Source: Takakia lepidozioides
Lineage: Eukaryota; Plantae; Bryophyta
DNA: 64,000 bases
NCBI GenBank assembly: GCA_030704615.1
Contig: CM060734.1
Span: forward strand, 16,368,001 to 16,432,000
Direction of reading: 5' to 3'
A model generated the notes under the pieces. It was not told the DNA's origin, ran no database searches, and saw nothing but the letters and a program-made list of their open reading frames with translations. The position numbers and the translations under genes were made by a program. Of this stretch, positions 13,601-24,475 are shown piece by piece. Every line of letters starts with the position of its first letter. The stretch's first letter is position 1.

Positions 13601-13790
13601 GGATGGACTCTTGAGGCAATGCATCACCCCGGAGGAGGTTCCCCAGATTTTAGAGTCAACTCATGACAACATGTATGGAGGACACTTTGCAGGGCGGCTC
13701 ACAGTGTAGAAAGTCTTAAGGGCAGGATACTATTGGCCCTCCATGTTCAAAGATGCGCACATGCATATGCGGAGATGCGACTCTTGTCAA
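10700..13790 (+). pseudogene. gag C-terminus, protease, RT, RNase H and integrase zinc finger of the non-chromovirus Gypsy element (Phygy/Selgy/Tat-like)
   Basis: Motifs: protease LVDDGSLVNIM, RT KDHFPL..SFMDGFSGYNQ..MPFGLCNAP..FLDDF, RNase H YVDAS, then H..GGHF..GYYWPSMF..CDSCQ ending at the inversion breakpoint. Confidence 0.92.
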
Positions 13791-15741
13791 CCATGCTCCT
13801 TGGCGTAGTTGTACTCTACTGGAGATGGCTTCCTCTCAAACGCGCGTTGCTACACATGCCACAAATTAAAGTCAGTTCTTCGCGATGATGGATCCAGAAA
13901 GAAGACATAACAAAATCCATAGGGAAGTACGACTTACAAGATAAAACCCTTGGATCCGCCGGCACCCCACTTGTGTGTGGATTCGTGCTTGTCAAGGCAG
14001 ACTGTTGTTGCTTCGCGTGTCCAGTCAAATTTGGCCTTGTTTGTGGCATCGGTCTCTCCCGCAATGAGTGCATCCCACGATATCTATGCCCCCCCCCCCA
14101 ACAATTAGTGAATTACACACATACGTTGCATCGAATCCACCTCATTAATGCACATGCGACAAATGGAAGGTGACATGATTCAGGATTTGCCAACCTGTGT
14201 AATTCCATAAGTTGGTTTGGGTATGGCCCCCTTTTCCATTGCCCTCCGAATGATCTGTCTGGCACGGTACCTCCTATCCTTCAAGTTTCGCCCCACCATC
14301 TCCATCACCCTTGTGTCACTCCAACTGCCCGGAAACTGGCGGTCTAACTCACGGGCATACGCCCACTTCGCGCCAAAGTGCTGATCAGCCCACTCGATGT
14401 GCAAAGGGAACCACCTCAATGCGAGTTCGAAGGCTGGCTTCTTCATAGCCTCCCAGAACGCACCGCAGGGGTCACCATGGCGATTCACCTCCACCGGCGG
14501 CTCCACAATCTTTGCCAACTCCACGTCCTGTATTGCTAAGGACATGTTCTTCTTCCCACCCTCTCCCTTCTTTGTAGCCTCCTTCCCCTGCTCCTTTGTT
14601 ACCCCACTGCCCTCCCCCGCATGCACACTCACCCCTTCCTCTCCATGGGACTTCTTCTTCTTCTTCTTCTTTTCCTTCCCCTTCTCCACGACCATCTCCT
14701 TCCCCTTTCCCGCTACTTCCTCTCTCTCCTTCTCCCTCTCCCTTCTCTCTCTCCCCTCGGCAGCCCCTTCATTGATGGTAAAAGGGATCTCGAGAGATCG
14801 AGGCCTCTTCTTCTTACCTTTGGTGTTTGGGTCCTTCATGAACACCACGTGCTCTCCCTCATTGGCAACCCCACTGGACTGCACCAATGAGGCCAGCCAT
14901 GTTGCTGCCTCCTGAAGACAAATAACCCCTCCAAATTCAAAAAAAGAAACAAACAACAAAGAAAATCATGCATACAAAGGAAATGATAAATCATGGAACA
15001 AGGTGCGACAGTTGTACCTTTGCAAGCTTGGAATCTACTTCCAGTGGCGCTCCGGGAGGGGATAGAGCGGGCACATCCGGCAACGGGGACTCCTGCCATC
15101 CTGTAGTCCAGGCCCTTCTTTGCTGACCGCTCAGGCTCAGGGGGCAGTGTCGCTGATCGGCTAGGCTGCTCAGAACCGGCCCATACCTCCTCCTCTCCCC
15201 CCCCCAAATGCGTATCAGGGTAGAAGCCCTCACCCGGCTTGACTTCTTTGAGGCGCTTCGCTATCTTGGCCACTTCATTGGCCCTCCTCGTCTCCTCCTC
15301 TTTCATCGACAACAATGGTCTGGCAATGGAGGCTTTCAAAGGCCCTTGAACTTGACGTTGGGCCTTGGCAAGTGCAGCCTTTGCTGCGGAGGAAGGGGTT
15401 GCTATGGGGGTGACATCCAAAAGTTGCCCATACCGGGCCCCCGAACGGGTGATGTGCTTGCCAAGGTACATTTCACCTGTCTTGGTGGCCGGGGGTGTGC
15501 TCAACTGAGCATCCGGCTCAGCAACAACCTCTCGAATAGGAGAGCTGGTTGAGCCGGCCCCTGGCGCATCCAAGATGTGGACAAGAGGGGGGGTACTGGC
15601 CTCGGGGGGCATACGAGCCCTCCGGCTGCGGCTGTCGACGGGGCTGGTTAACCGTGAGTCACATGTGCCAGCAGAGCAAATGGATTGTCCGCCCTTTTCT
15701 TTGGGGCAGGGGACTTCTTCTCTTTCCCCATAAGCTAGCAC
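13784..15741 (-). pseudogene. CACTA ORF2 (TnpA/Ptta-like), middle exons
   Basis: GT-AG-bounded exons 15741-15018 and 14911-14195. The segment VEVNRHGDPCG..W..K..F..VG..LKDRRY resembles CACTA ORF2 proteins. It has at least one frameshift and one stop. Confidence 0.7.
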
Positions 15742-15857
15742 CTGTCATGCAAACCCACAAGTTGGCCTCATTAGGAAACAACCTCTACATTCCAGATCAA
15801 AAACAAAAAAAACCAAGCATGTCGGGGGCTGAGAGCAGCAAGTGCTCGGGGTCTCGA

Positions 15858-15975
15858 GAGGGGGCAACAAAGAGAAAAGAAAAAGGTGGGGGGGAGTGAG
15901 CACCACCACCAGCTGCTGAGCACCACGGGCTCAGTCACTCCCCCCCTCCTAATTTCTTTTTTTTTGGTTTCCTGA
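15858..15975. repeat. GA/CT-armed palindrome H1 (rearranged centre)
   Basis: GAGGGGGCAACAAAGA..AAGGTG(G)nAGTGAG ... CTCAGTCACT(C)n..TTTTGGTTTCC; homologous to 42044-42200. Confidence 0.75.
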
Positions 15976-17723
15976 TCTCTCCCTCTCTCCCTCTCCCTCT
16001 ATAAATCTTTGGATTTCATCTGGCCTTAACCTTTTGAGGTTATTTAGTTTTTCATCCCTGCCTTTTTCATCCAAATCTGGATGATTTTATTTTATTGGAT
16101 GATGAAACTTAATATACAGAAAGCTAGAGTTACCGTCTATTTTTTTCATCTAAACTGGATGATCTACATAAATAATGTTTACCTATTATAAAATCCAAGA
16201 GAATAATAAAACTACCATCATAAATGATGGCTGTTATTAAACCTAAACCTATACCATAACCCTAAAAGATACATTTCTATGGGATGTCATCCAGTGACAA
16301 AATGCCTATCTTGGTAAAATGTGATATTTCATCCATCCTGGATGAAAAATCGGGAAGTTTTGCCCTAAGCAGGCCGACACACTTCAAGCACTGAACTCGT
16401 GCTTCAGTGAACCTTGATGATGCGCCGTATAAACCTGCTCCCCTGCTGCTACATGGTACTCGTGATTGCTGGCTCTTGGGATGCGCAGTGGTGGTTAAAC
16501 AGATTCTTCTATGGCAGACGACAAAGCCGTGATTGCTCTGATCAGGAACTCATGGTTCTTTATTTTGCAGCGGCGCTTTTACTCCTTGTTGGGAAGTACT
16601 CTATCCCTATTTATCTACAGATTACTTGTTGCTCTCTCTTCGTGTATGAGCCACTCTCTAGCTGTGAACGCTTCTACTCTGATTGCGTTCTGTTGGAGAC
16701 AATCTGTTGGACGCCATGGCGCAGGGCATACCACAAACACTCAAGGTTTTTTGAGTTTACCATTGCTTGAATTGTGATATGTACTTGCTTTAGAATTCAA
16801 CACTGACATGGATAGCAACTGTGAAGACCTGCCACTTACCTGCTGCATCCTCACTAACACACATCGCTATGTGGTGGTTTTTGGGACGGGCACAGGTGAG
16901 GGTCTTCACTTGTCTTGATTTCTTGAAGCTTGCAGTTCCTGTTCTTGCAAGTGTGGATACTGCTGCTGCCTAAGCTGCTGATGCCATCTGCTGTTTCAAA
17001 CTGCCACCATGCCGCTTCAGACCTGCTCCAAGATTTCTCCAATGAGGATCTGCTTCTCTCCTTACCCCTGTTTACGGTTTTTTACAACCACATTTGCATG
17101 TGTAGGAGTTTAGCTATGAAGGATACAAGGATACAAAATAGCAGTTATTACTTTGACTGCCTTGATACTTGGCTCTGAAATGAGAACTCTTGGTATGACT
17201 CTGATGGATCAAAAGGATAGGCTTTGATAGATAACACACATTCTTCAAGGCCCTCATATCATTTTGGTTTCATGGCTTGATAACAAACAGGGGTTTCTGA
17301 GCTGCTCTTTCACCTTGGCAGAACTACTTTATGTGGCCTTAAAATACCATTCTAGGCCTATACCTGCTTAAGGGGGCTCTACACTGTTGTTTCTTCTTCC
17401 TTTTTAAGAATCTTGCTTATATCTTGGTTCTAAAACATCATCTTCAAACCAAACCTGCAATCTGGTTTTTGAAATGAGTTTAAAATGGATTCTTGAGATG
17501 ATGATGTGTACTATGGTGCTTTCATGATATGAATGACCTGGAATCCCACCCTCCCGCCCTGTTTTTTCAGAGACCCTGAAATGTAATTGGGTATTCAAAT
17601 GAGATTGTAAACATGAAAGAGAATGTTAGATGGTGCCCTGTAAAGGGCTGTTTTGTCTTTCAATGACAATGACCTTAGCGGTCTTGTCCATGTCTTGACA
17701 TGACATGTATATCTTCCCTCTCT
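15975..17723 (+). repeat. Non-coding module A, copy 1
   Basis: Direct repeat of 21952-23700 (offset 5978; only 2 substitutions noticed). A more diverged copy lies at ~42200-44030. Confidence 0.93.
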
Positions 17724-17835
17724 TTATTTGATCAGTGTACTTAGTGGTTTTTGTACACACCATCTACCCTTACCTTTCTCCTTTTCACCTTCTCATTTTG
17801 TTATATTGACAAATGTTCTTGGGGGGCTTTGACAG

Positions 17836-19066
17836 AGAGTCACCAAAGGAGGTCCTAGCTGGAATGAGGACCTCATAGCCCTGGGGTATCAGTCCCCACT
17901 ACCTCCTCCAATTCCTGCTGTGCAGGCAACCCTCGCACAAGTCACACCAAGTGACTTCCATGCTACATTGCAAAAGATGGATATTGAGGCCGTGGAAAAT
18001 TCAGGTGATGAAAACCCCGTGTTATTACTTGAAACCTTTTTGGAAAATTGGGTTGCACTTGGCATCATGGCAAATAAGAATGGCAGGTACCTGGAGAAGC
18101 TCCAGGAATTCAATACTAAAATTATTGAGGTACTGGAAGATGATGCCGAGGAGCTGATACAATGGGAAAAGAAGGGATCAGCCATTGAGGCAGCTCTTAG
18201 AATGGCGAACCCAGAAGATGACCAGACTGTCTCCACGCAGAAATCTACAAACACATCTGAAAAAGACTTCATCCCTTCTGTAAGTAATCACCCAATCCTT
18301 GGGCACATGATTTTACCGGATGAAGAAAAAGAGGCAGTGAGAGAATTCTGTGAACAAGTAGAAATCTCACAAGTGGAACAAGAAAGGGCAGCAGGTGCCA
18401 CTCCTGGAAATCTGCAATTTGTCCCTTGGTTGCCTCCCCGTGCAGTTGAATTAGAGGTTGCCAATAACGATCACATGATGTGGCACCCACATGCTAATAT
18501 CAATTTATTGGCACCCATTTCTATTGAAATGTGGGTCAAATGGGGCAACATAACTCCTGCTGAACGCAGTAGGTGTGCACAGGATGCTAAGGAGGGTTTT
18601 CAGAGAATAAAAAATGAACCTATTGCTGTGGCATGGCCACTAAGGACCTTCTACTACAAGCTCTGTGACAAAGGTGAGAACCTTACCCTGAGGACCAAAA
18701 ATGACTTGCCGACTGGTTCGGCCAGATCCAAAAATCACAAGAGTCAACTCTTCAATTGGCATCGTCCCTACATAAGATGTAACTGTGGACAAGGAGGGGC
18801 ACCCTCTTCTTGCATTGGGAGTGTTGCTTGGTTTGACCATATGGTATGGTATATGCTGAACAATCTGATTGTGTTCTTCCCTGATGATGCCTATCCTTCG
18901 GTGCAAACCAAGTATTACAGCTTTCTGGTATGGATCATGCGGGCTGCCAGATCTGCCGTTCTTGCACAAATTACCTTCCAGATGACCCGGGGCTTCATAA
19001 TGGAAGCAGCTTGTGAATTCTCAATTGACCCCCAAGCCAAGTTGCTTGGGAAGTTAGGAGAATCGG
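17836..19066 (+). CDS. PLE ORF1, N-terminal part (its C-terminus is 20680-20301 on the minus strand)
   Basis: The frame is open from a TTTGACAG acceptor-like site at 17835. It has a coiled-coil-like acidic region and a CNC-x8-C cluster, and joins in frame to an RG-rich tail after re-inversion. Confidence 0.75.
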
Positions 19067-20680
19067 ACTTTTTCAGGCAGGTTTAGTGTAAAGTCAGTGA
19101 TGGAATCAATAATCCAATAGATAGCAGTAGATACTTTGAAAAATTGCTCATAAGTATGCAGCCTTGTCTTGGCCCATTCTTTTACCAATGGTAGAAGATC
19201 CATGGTAGCCCTTGTAAGAAGGCTAGCAAGTTCACTGAAAACACATTTATGGGCATTGGTAATCCATCTGTATTTTTTCTTATGTAGCTTGTAGATTCCC
19301 ATAATGTAAGGTAATCTACAGGAGGGAGCAGATATCTCCGGAATCAGACTCTGTACTTCCACGGAAATGTTTCCTAGAGCAAGGTCAGGTGGCAGCCATA
19401 CCTCAGCTTGCTTGCATGGTGTAAAGTCTTTACCCATCAATCTGTGGAAGGCTTGAGTTCTTATGTGCTTCACACACATAAAACATACGTTGTTGTTAGC
19501 CTTGTCAAGACCAGAAAAATACAGGTGATTGAGAAGCCATGAAAGTTCATCTTTTGCCTCTTTTACAGTAAGAGGATTGCGCTCATGGTGAGTGAAGTCG
19601 TACCTTCCTCTGCCGGCTTTTTGTTTCAATCTATCCCAGCATGTGTTTTTTACCCATTGGCTGCAGGATGCTGCCCAAGATTCACATGGGTCTATATGTA
19701 AAATTTCACAGGTTCTATGGAAAGCCAGAGACACTTGTTCAACAACGTCTTTCAGCAAAGTACGTTTGAGAAGGATGTGATTCATACCTAGGCTGAATAG
19801 TTCTTTCAGCCTTGCGTGTCTAATAATATTTAGGTCCATGGTACGTACGTGTTGCGTAGGTGTAGAACCAGATAGATGGAATTCTGTTTTGTATCTGCAT
19901 CCTGAAAATCATGAAACCTCTTGGCACTGTCACATAGACAATCTGGTGAGTGAATCAGGTCTTGCATAAAGCAAAATCACGGAAAACAGCAGCAGGCTGA
20001 TAGTATTCAGAGCTGCTTTGTTTATGATATGTCCATCCAAAGACTATCTCATCGATGAGAATAGCCAAGTCATTTTGTCCAAATTCCAAAAAAGCTTCTT
20101 TTATCAAGTTCCTAGGGTTTATCCACTCCATAGCACGGTTTGGGTACAACATATGAATGAATCCCAAGGGAGCAGGTTTTGCTGCCTGTTTTATGAATTT
20201 CCTGCCATGGGCATGAGTTTCAATTTGTCTACAACCATCCTCAAGACCAAACAACGCATCTGCACATGCAAAGTAGAGGAACATACCAAAAATGAGATTT
20301 TTAAAGATCTGTCCATGATCCAAAATCTCGTTTGCGTATTGGGGAGAACTCGTCAGTGATACGACGAGTCTTGTATGACTCCTGGCTGGCGATGTTGATG
20401 GTGGTACTGGAATTAGCACCCGAACCCCCAAGTGATGACCGATTCGTTGCTCTTGAATTCTTAGAGGTGTTGGTAGAGTATTGCCCCCTGCCAGAGCGTC
20501 CTCCTCTTTGGTAGAGACCTCTTCCACGACCAGGGGTACCTCTGCCTCGAGTGGCATTGTTCTTGCCTTGTTGAGGAGGCGTCTGCCCCTCCATACGCTG
20601 CCGTTTGTAGCTGTTGAATTGTGGCCTGTGAAGGCTGTCTGAAAAAGACCCAGGTTTCACAAGTTTCTCAATGTATCTGG
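19067..20680 (-). other. Inverted 1614-bp segment of the PLE: ORF1 C-terminus and RT N-terminal half
   Basis: Re-inversion restores both frames: LGES|ARYIEKLVKP and LNLPEKV|PNIFVADITQCYENIP. Confidence 0.92.
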
Positions 20681-21665
20681 CCCCAACATCTTTGTTGCTG
20701 ACATTACACAATGCTATGAGAACATACCTTTGACAGGACAGGATAACTTAGGGGATGCCATTGAATACGTGGTGAAGATTGCATTCCAGCAACACCATCG
20801 GTCTCACCCCCGAGCACGTCATACTCTATGGATTCCAGCCAAAAACGGTACTTTCGGAAAAAGTAGATGGGGCACGTCTTCCCCAAAATCAGGTACCTGG
20901 ATTGAACTTTCTGAAGTCAAACTACTTATGCTCCACAAATGGCTTATGTCACACTGTTTTGTCGCCTTAGGGGACCGTGTATGGCAGCAGATTTCTGGAA
21001 TACCTATGGGTTTTTCATGCTCACCATTATGGTGCAACATGTACTTCCTTTCTTATGAAATCAAATTCATCTTAAGGCTTGCAGCTTTAGGACAATTCCA
21101 GCTTATGCCTATGTTTAAATCTGCCTTCAGATACATTGATGATATATGCTGGCTAAATGTGGGTGATGCAATGCTATTCCTGGACCCACGGGCAGACAGA
21201 AGCAGCAACAACCCTTGGTGGATCTACCCACTCAATGTAGTGGAGATCAAACCTGAGCTACTACGCACTAAAAACGATTCCCAATACGTGGGGTTGGAAG
21301 CTTGTTTCATGAATATCCAGATTACAGTCTCAAACTGTGACACAGGTGAGTTCCATTTCCAGAAATATGACAAGAGAAGACTACTTCCTTTCTCTTACAC
21401 TCAATATATCCAGTTCTTATCCAATAGGCCTGTGAATCAATCTTACAACATTGTGATTTCACAAGCTGTGCCTATTCTATACATTTCCAGCAATGCTGAT
21501 CTGGCTGGGAAGGAGTGTAGCATTCTGATTAACACTCTTGGGAGGAATGGTTTCAAGACCAGAAAACTTGCTCGTATCTTGACAAAATTCCTTGAACGTG
21601 GTTCATTCCCTGGCCTGCTCTTCCCTGTACAAGAGCTTATTGAGAAACTGAAAGGTACTTTCTAA
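20681..21665 (+). CDS. PLE reverse transcriptase, catalytic and thumb half
   Basis: ADITQCYENIP, GIPMGFSCSPLWCNMY, RYIDD, FMNIQI..YDKR. The frame ends without a C-terminal GIY-YIG domain. Confidence 0.9.
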
Positions 21666-21951
21666 AAACCTATACAGAGCTATGTTATACCATTGAACTC
21701 TACGTTCTTTTCTAAGTGATACTATACTAGTGTTGCTATGATACATTTTATGCCATCATTTCATTCTTGATCCGAGGAAGTGAGGATGTAGGATTCTACT
21801 CCTTTGGATAAATATTATCTGAGGATAGAACTACATGAAAGAGGGAAAACCTTATGAGAAGAGGTCTGGTATGCACTCCCTTACGGGGTGAGTGCATACC
21901 ACACTTACTCCGTAAGGTTCTGCCATGCCAGGGGATTGGCTGGTGGGTCCC

Positions 21952-23764
21952 TCTCTCTCCCTCTCTCCCTCTCCCTCTATAAATCTTTGGATTTCATCTG
22001 GCCTTAACCTTTTGAGGTTATTTAGTTTTTCATCCCTGCCTTTTTCATCCAAATCTGGATGATTTTATTTTATTGGATGATGAAACTTAATATACAGAAA
22101 GCTAGAGTTACCGTCTATTTTTTTCATCTAAACTGGATGATCTACATAAATAATGGTTACCTATTATAAAATCCAAGAGAATAATAAAACTACCATCATA
22201 AATGATGGCTGTTATTAAACCTAAACCTATACCATAACCCTAAAAGATACATTTCTATGGGATGTCATCCAGTGACAAAATGCCTATCTTGGTAAAATGT
22301 GATATTTCATCCATCCTGGATGAAAAATCGGGAAGTTTTGCCCTAAGCAGGCCGACACACTTCAAGCACTGAACTCGTGCTTCAGTGAACCTTGATGATG
22401 CGCCGTATAAACCTGCTCCCCTGCTGCTACATGGTACTCGTGATTGCTGGCTCTTGGGATGCGCAGTGGTGGTTAAACAGATTCTTCTATGGCAGACGAC
22501 AAAGCCGTGATTGCTCTGATCAGGAACTCATGGTTCTTTATTTTGCAGCGGCGCTTTTACTCCTTGTTGGGAAGTACTCTATCCCTATTTATCTACAGAT
22601 TACTTGTTGCTCTCTCTTCGTGTATGAGCCACTCTCTAGCTGTGAACGCTTCTACTCTGATTGCGTTCTGTTGGAGACAATCTGTTGGACGCCATGGCGC
22701 AGGGCATACCACAAACACTCAAGGTTTTTTGAGTTTACCATTGCTTGAATTGTGATATGTACTTGCTTTAGAATTCAACACTGACATGGATAGCAACTGT
22801 GAAGACCTGCCACTTACCTGCTGCATCCTCACTAACACACATCGCTATGTGGTGGTTTTTGGGACGGGCACAGGTGAGGGTCTTCACTTGTCTTGATTTC
22901 TTGAAGCTTGCAGTTCCTGTTCTTGCAAGTGTGGATACTGCTGCTGCCTAAGCTGCTGATGCCATCTGCTGTTTCAAACTGCCACCATGCCGCTTCAGAC
23001 CTGCTCCAAGATTTCTCCAATGAGGATCTGCTTCTCTCCTTACCCCTGTTTACGGTTTTTTACAACCACATTTGCATGTGTAGGAGTTTAGCTATGAAGG
23101 ATACAAGGATACAAAATAGCAGTTATTACTTTGACTGCCTTGATACTTGGCTCTGAAATGAGAACTCTTGGTATGACTCTGATGGATCAAAAGGATAGGC
23201 TTTGATAGATAACACACATTCTTCAAGGCCCTCATATCATTTTGGTTTCATGGCTTGATAACAAACAGGGGTTTCTGAGCTGCTCTTTCACCTTGGCAGA
23301 ACTACTTTATGTGGCCTTAAAATACCATTCTAGGCCTATACCTGCTTAAGGGGGCTCTACACTGTTGTTTCTTCTTCCTTTTTAAGAATCTTGCTTATAT
23401 CTTGGTTCTAAAACATCATCTTCAAACCAAACCTGCAATCTGGTTTTTGAAATGAGTTTAAAATGGATTCTTGAGATGATGATGTGTACTATGGTGCTTT
23501 CATGATATGAATGACCTAGAATCCCACCCTCCCGCCCTGTTTTTTCAGAGACCCTGAAATGTAATTGGGTATTCAAATGAGATTGTAAACATGAAAGAGA
23601 ATGTTAGATGGTGCCCTGTAAAGGGCTGTTTTGTCTTTCAATGACAATGACCTTAGCGGTCTTGTCCATGTCTTGACATGACATGTATATCTTCCCTCTT
23701 TTTTTTGCTGCTCACAAAAATAAACAAACCACAAGGGAGAGAGGGTGCAGAAAAAGTTAAAAAG
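21952..23764 (+). repeat. Non-coding module A, copy 2 (with tail)
   Basis: Near-identical to copy 1; its tail is shared with copy 3. Confidence 0.93.
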
Positions 23765-24475
23765 TTTGTACTCATAAGACGTTGTTTGTCGTAGCCTTGT
23801 GGCCATTGAGCCCGCACCCAGTTTGAGCGGAAACAAAAGGGACAGAACCTGCCTCTGTCAGGGGCTGACGTTGGTAGTAAGACTTACCTTCATATATAGA
23901 ATTAATCTGGGTTTTCCAGATATCCTCTAGAAATCCCTTCACACAAACTGCTGTGTGTGATTTGCCCAATAACTAGGCCTCAGGAGGGCCTGGGCTTTTG
24001 GCTCAGCCTTGAGACTTTCAAAGTTGGTAAACAGAGGTACAGGCACAATTCCCTTGATAGATTTGAAAGAGAGCGTCTCTTTGGTGAGAGAACCCCGGAC
24101 AGTGTATTAGAAAATGAGTACTGTCTTCAGATTGCCCACACAACGGGCAATTGCACTCTCCCTTTCCTCTTTGCTTCTGTCTGCTGTTCAAAGGTAGGCT
24201 TCCTGCTCTGAGTTTAAATTTCAGTCTAGTGCCGAGAGTGGGTAGACCCTTGAGGTCATCCAAGATGTCCTCCCCCATGTCACTGACTGGAAACAAGTTC
24301 AGGGAAGTTTTCTGCCTAACTTCATTTTCATCAGACAATCTCATGGCAACAGACATGGCTTTGGACACTACAGCCTCTAAGTCAGATTTATCAACCCATA
24401 TTGCAGATCCGTACTCCAAGGCAGGTCTAATAATGCGACAAATCATGGTTTTCTTAACCTCGGAGTTGACCCCTC
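23765..24475 (-). mobile_element. 5'-truncated, internally deleted RTE/RTEX-type LINE with a 19-bp TSD
   Basis: Motifs: IIRPALEYGSAIW, KLRAG..CPLC..EDSTHFLIHCP zinc finger, FLEDIWK. The TSD TGCAGAAAAAGTTAAAAAG is at 23746-23764 and 24476-24494. Confidence 0.85.

Larger units (their letters stand above)
17724..21950 (+). mobile_element. Two-ORF Penelope-like retroelement (PLE) with an internal inversion and no visible endonuclease
   Basis: PLE-type RT motifs DKANNN, YKLHK..RWI, WIIDS, ADITQCYENIP, QQISGIPMGFSCSP, FRYIDD. TCCCTCTCT is present at both junctions (17715-17723, 21948-21956). Confidence 0.88.

Noticed and set aside
16236-16268. AAACCTAAACC..AACCCTAAAA as a telomerase RNA template or telomere
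   Set aside because: It is degenerate and not conserved in A', and no USE/TATA Pol III promoter or pseudoknot was recognised.
16414-16770. 118-aa ORF repeated in three A copies
   Set aside because: It has no motif, is absent from homolog A', and recurs only because of recent duplication.
17662-17700. ATGA...GA hairpin as a SECIS element (some Naiads are selenoproteins)
   Set aside because: There are no apical AA residues at the required spacing and no associated conserved in-frame TGA.
21819-21845. CTGAGGA...GAAA resembling a hammerhead ribozyme core
   Set aside because: Stem II does not close and no stem III/UH cleavage site can be formed.
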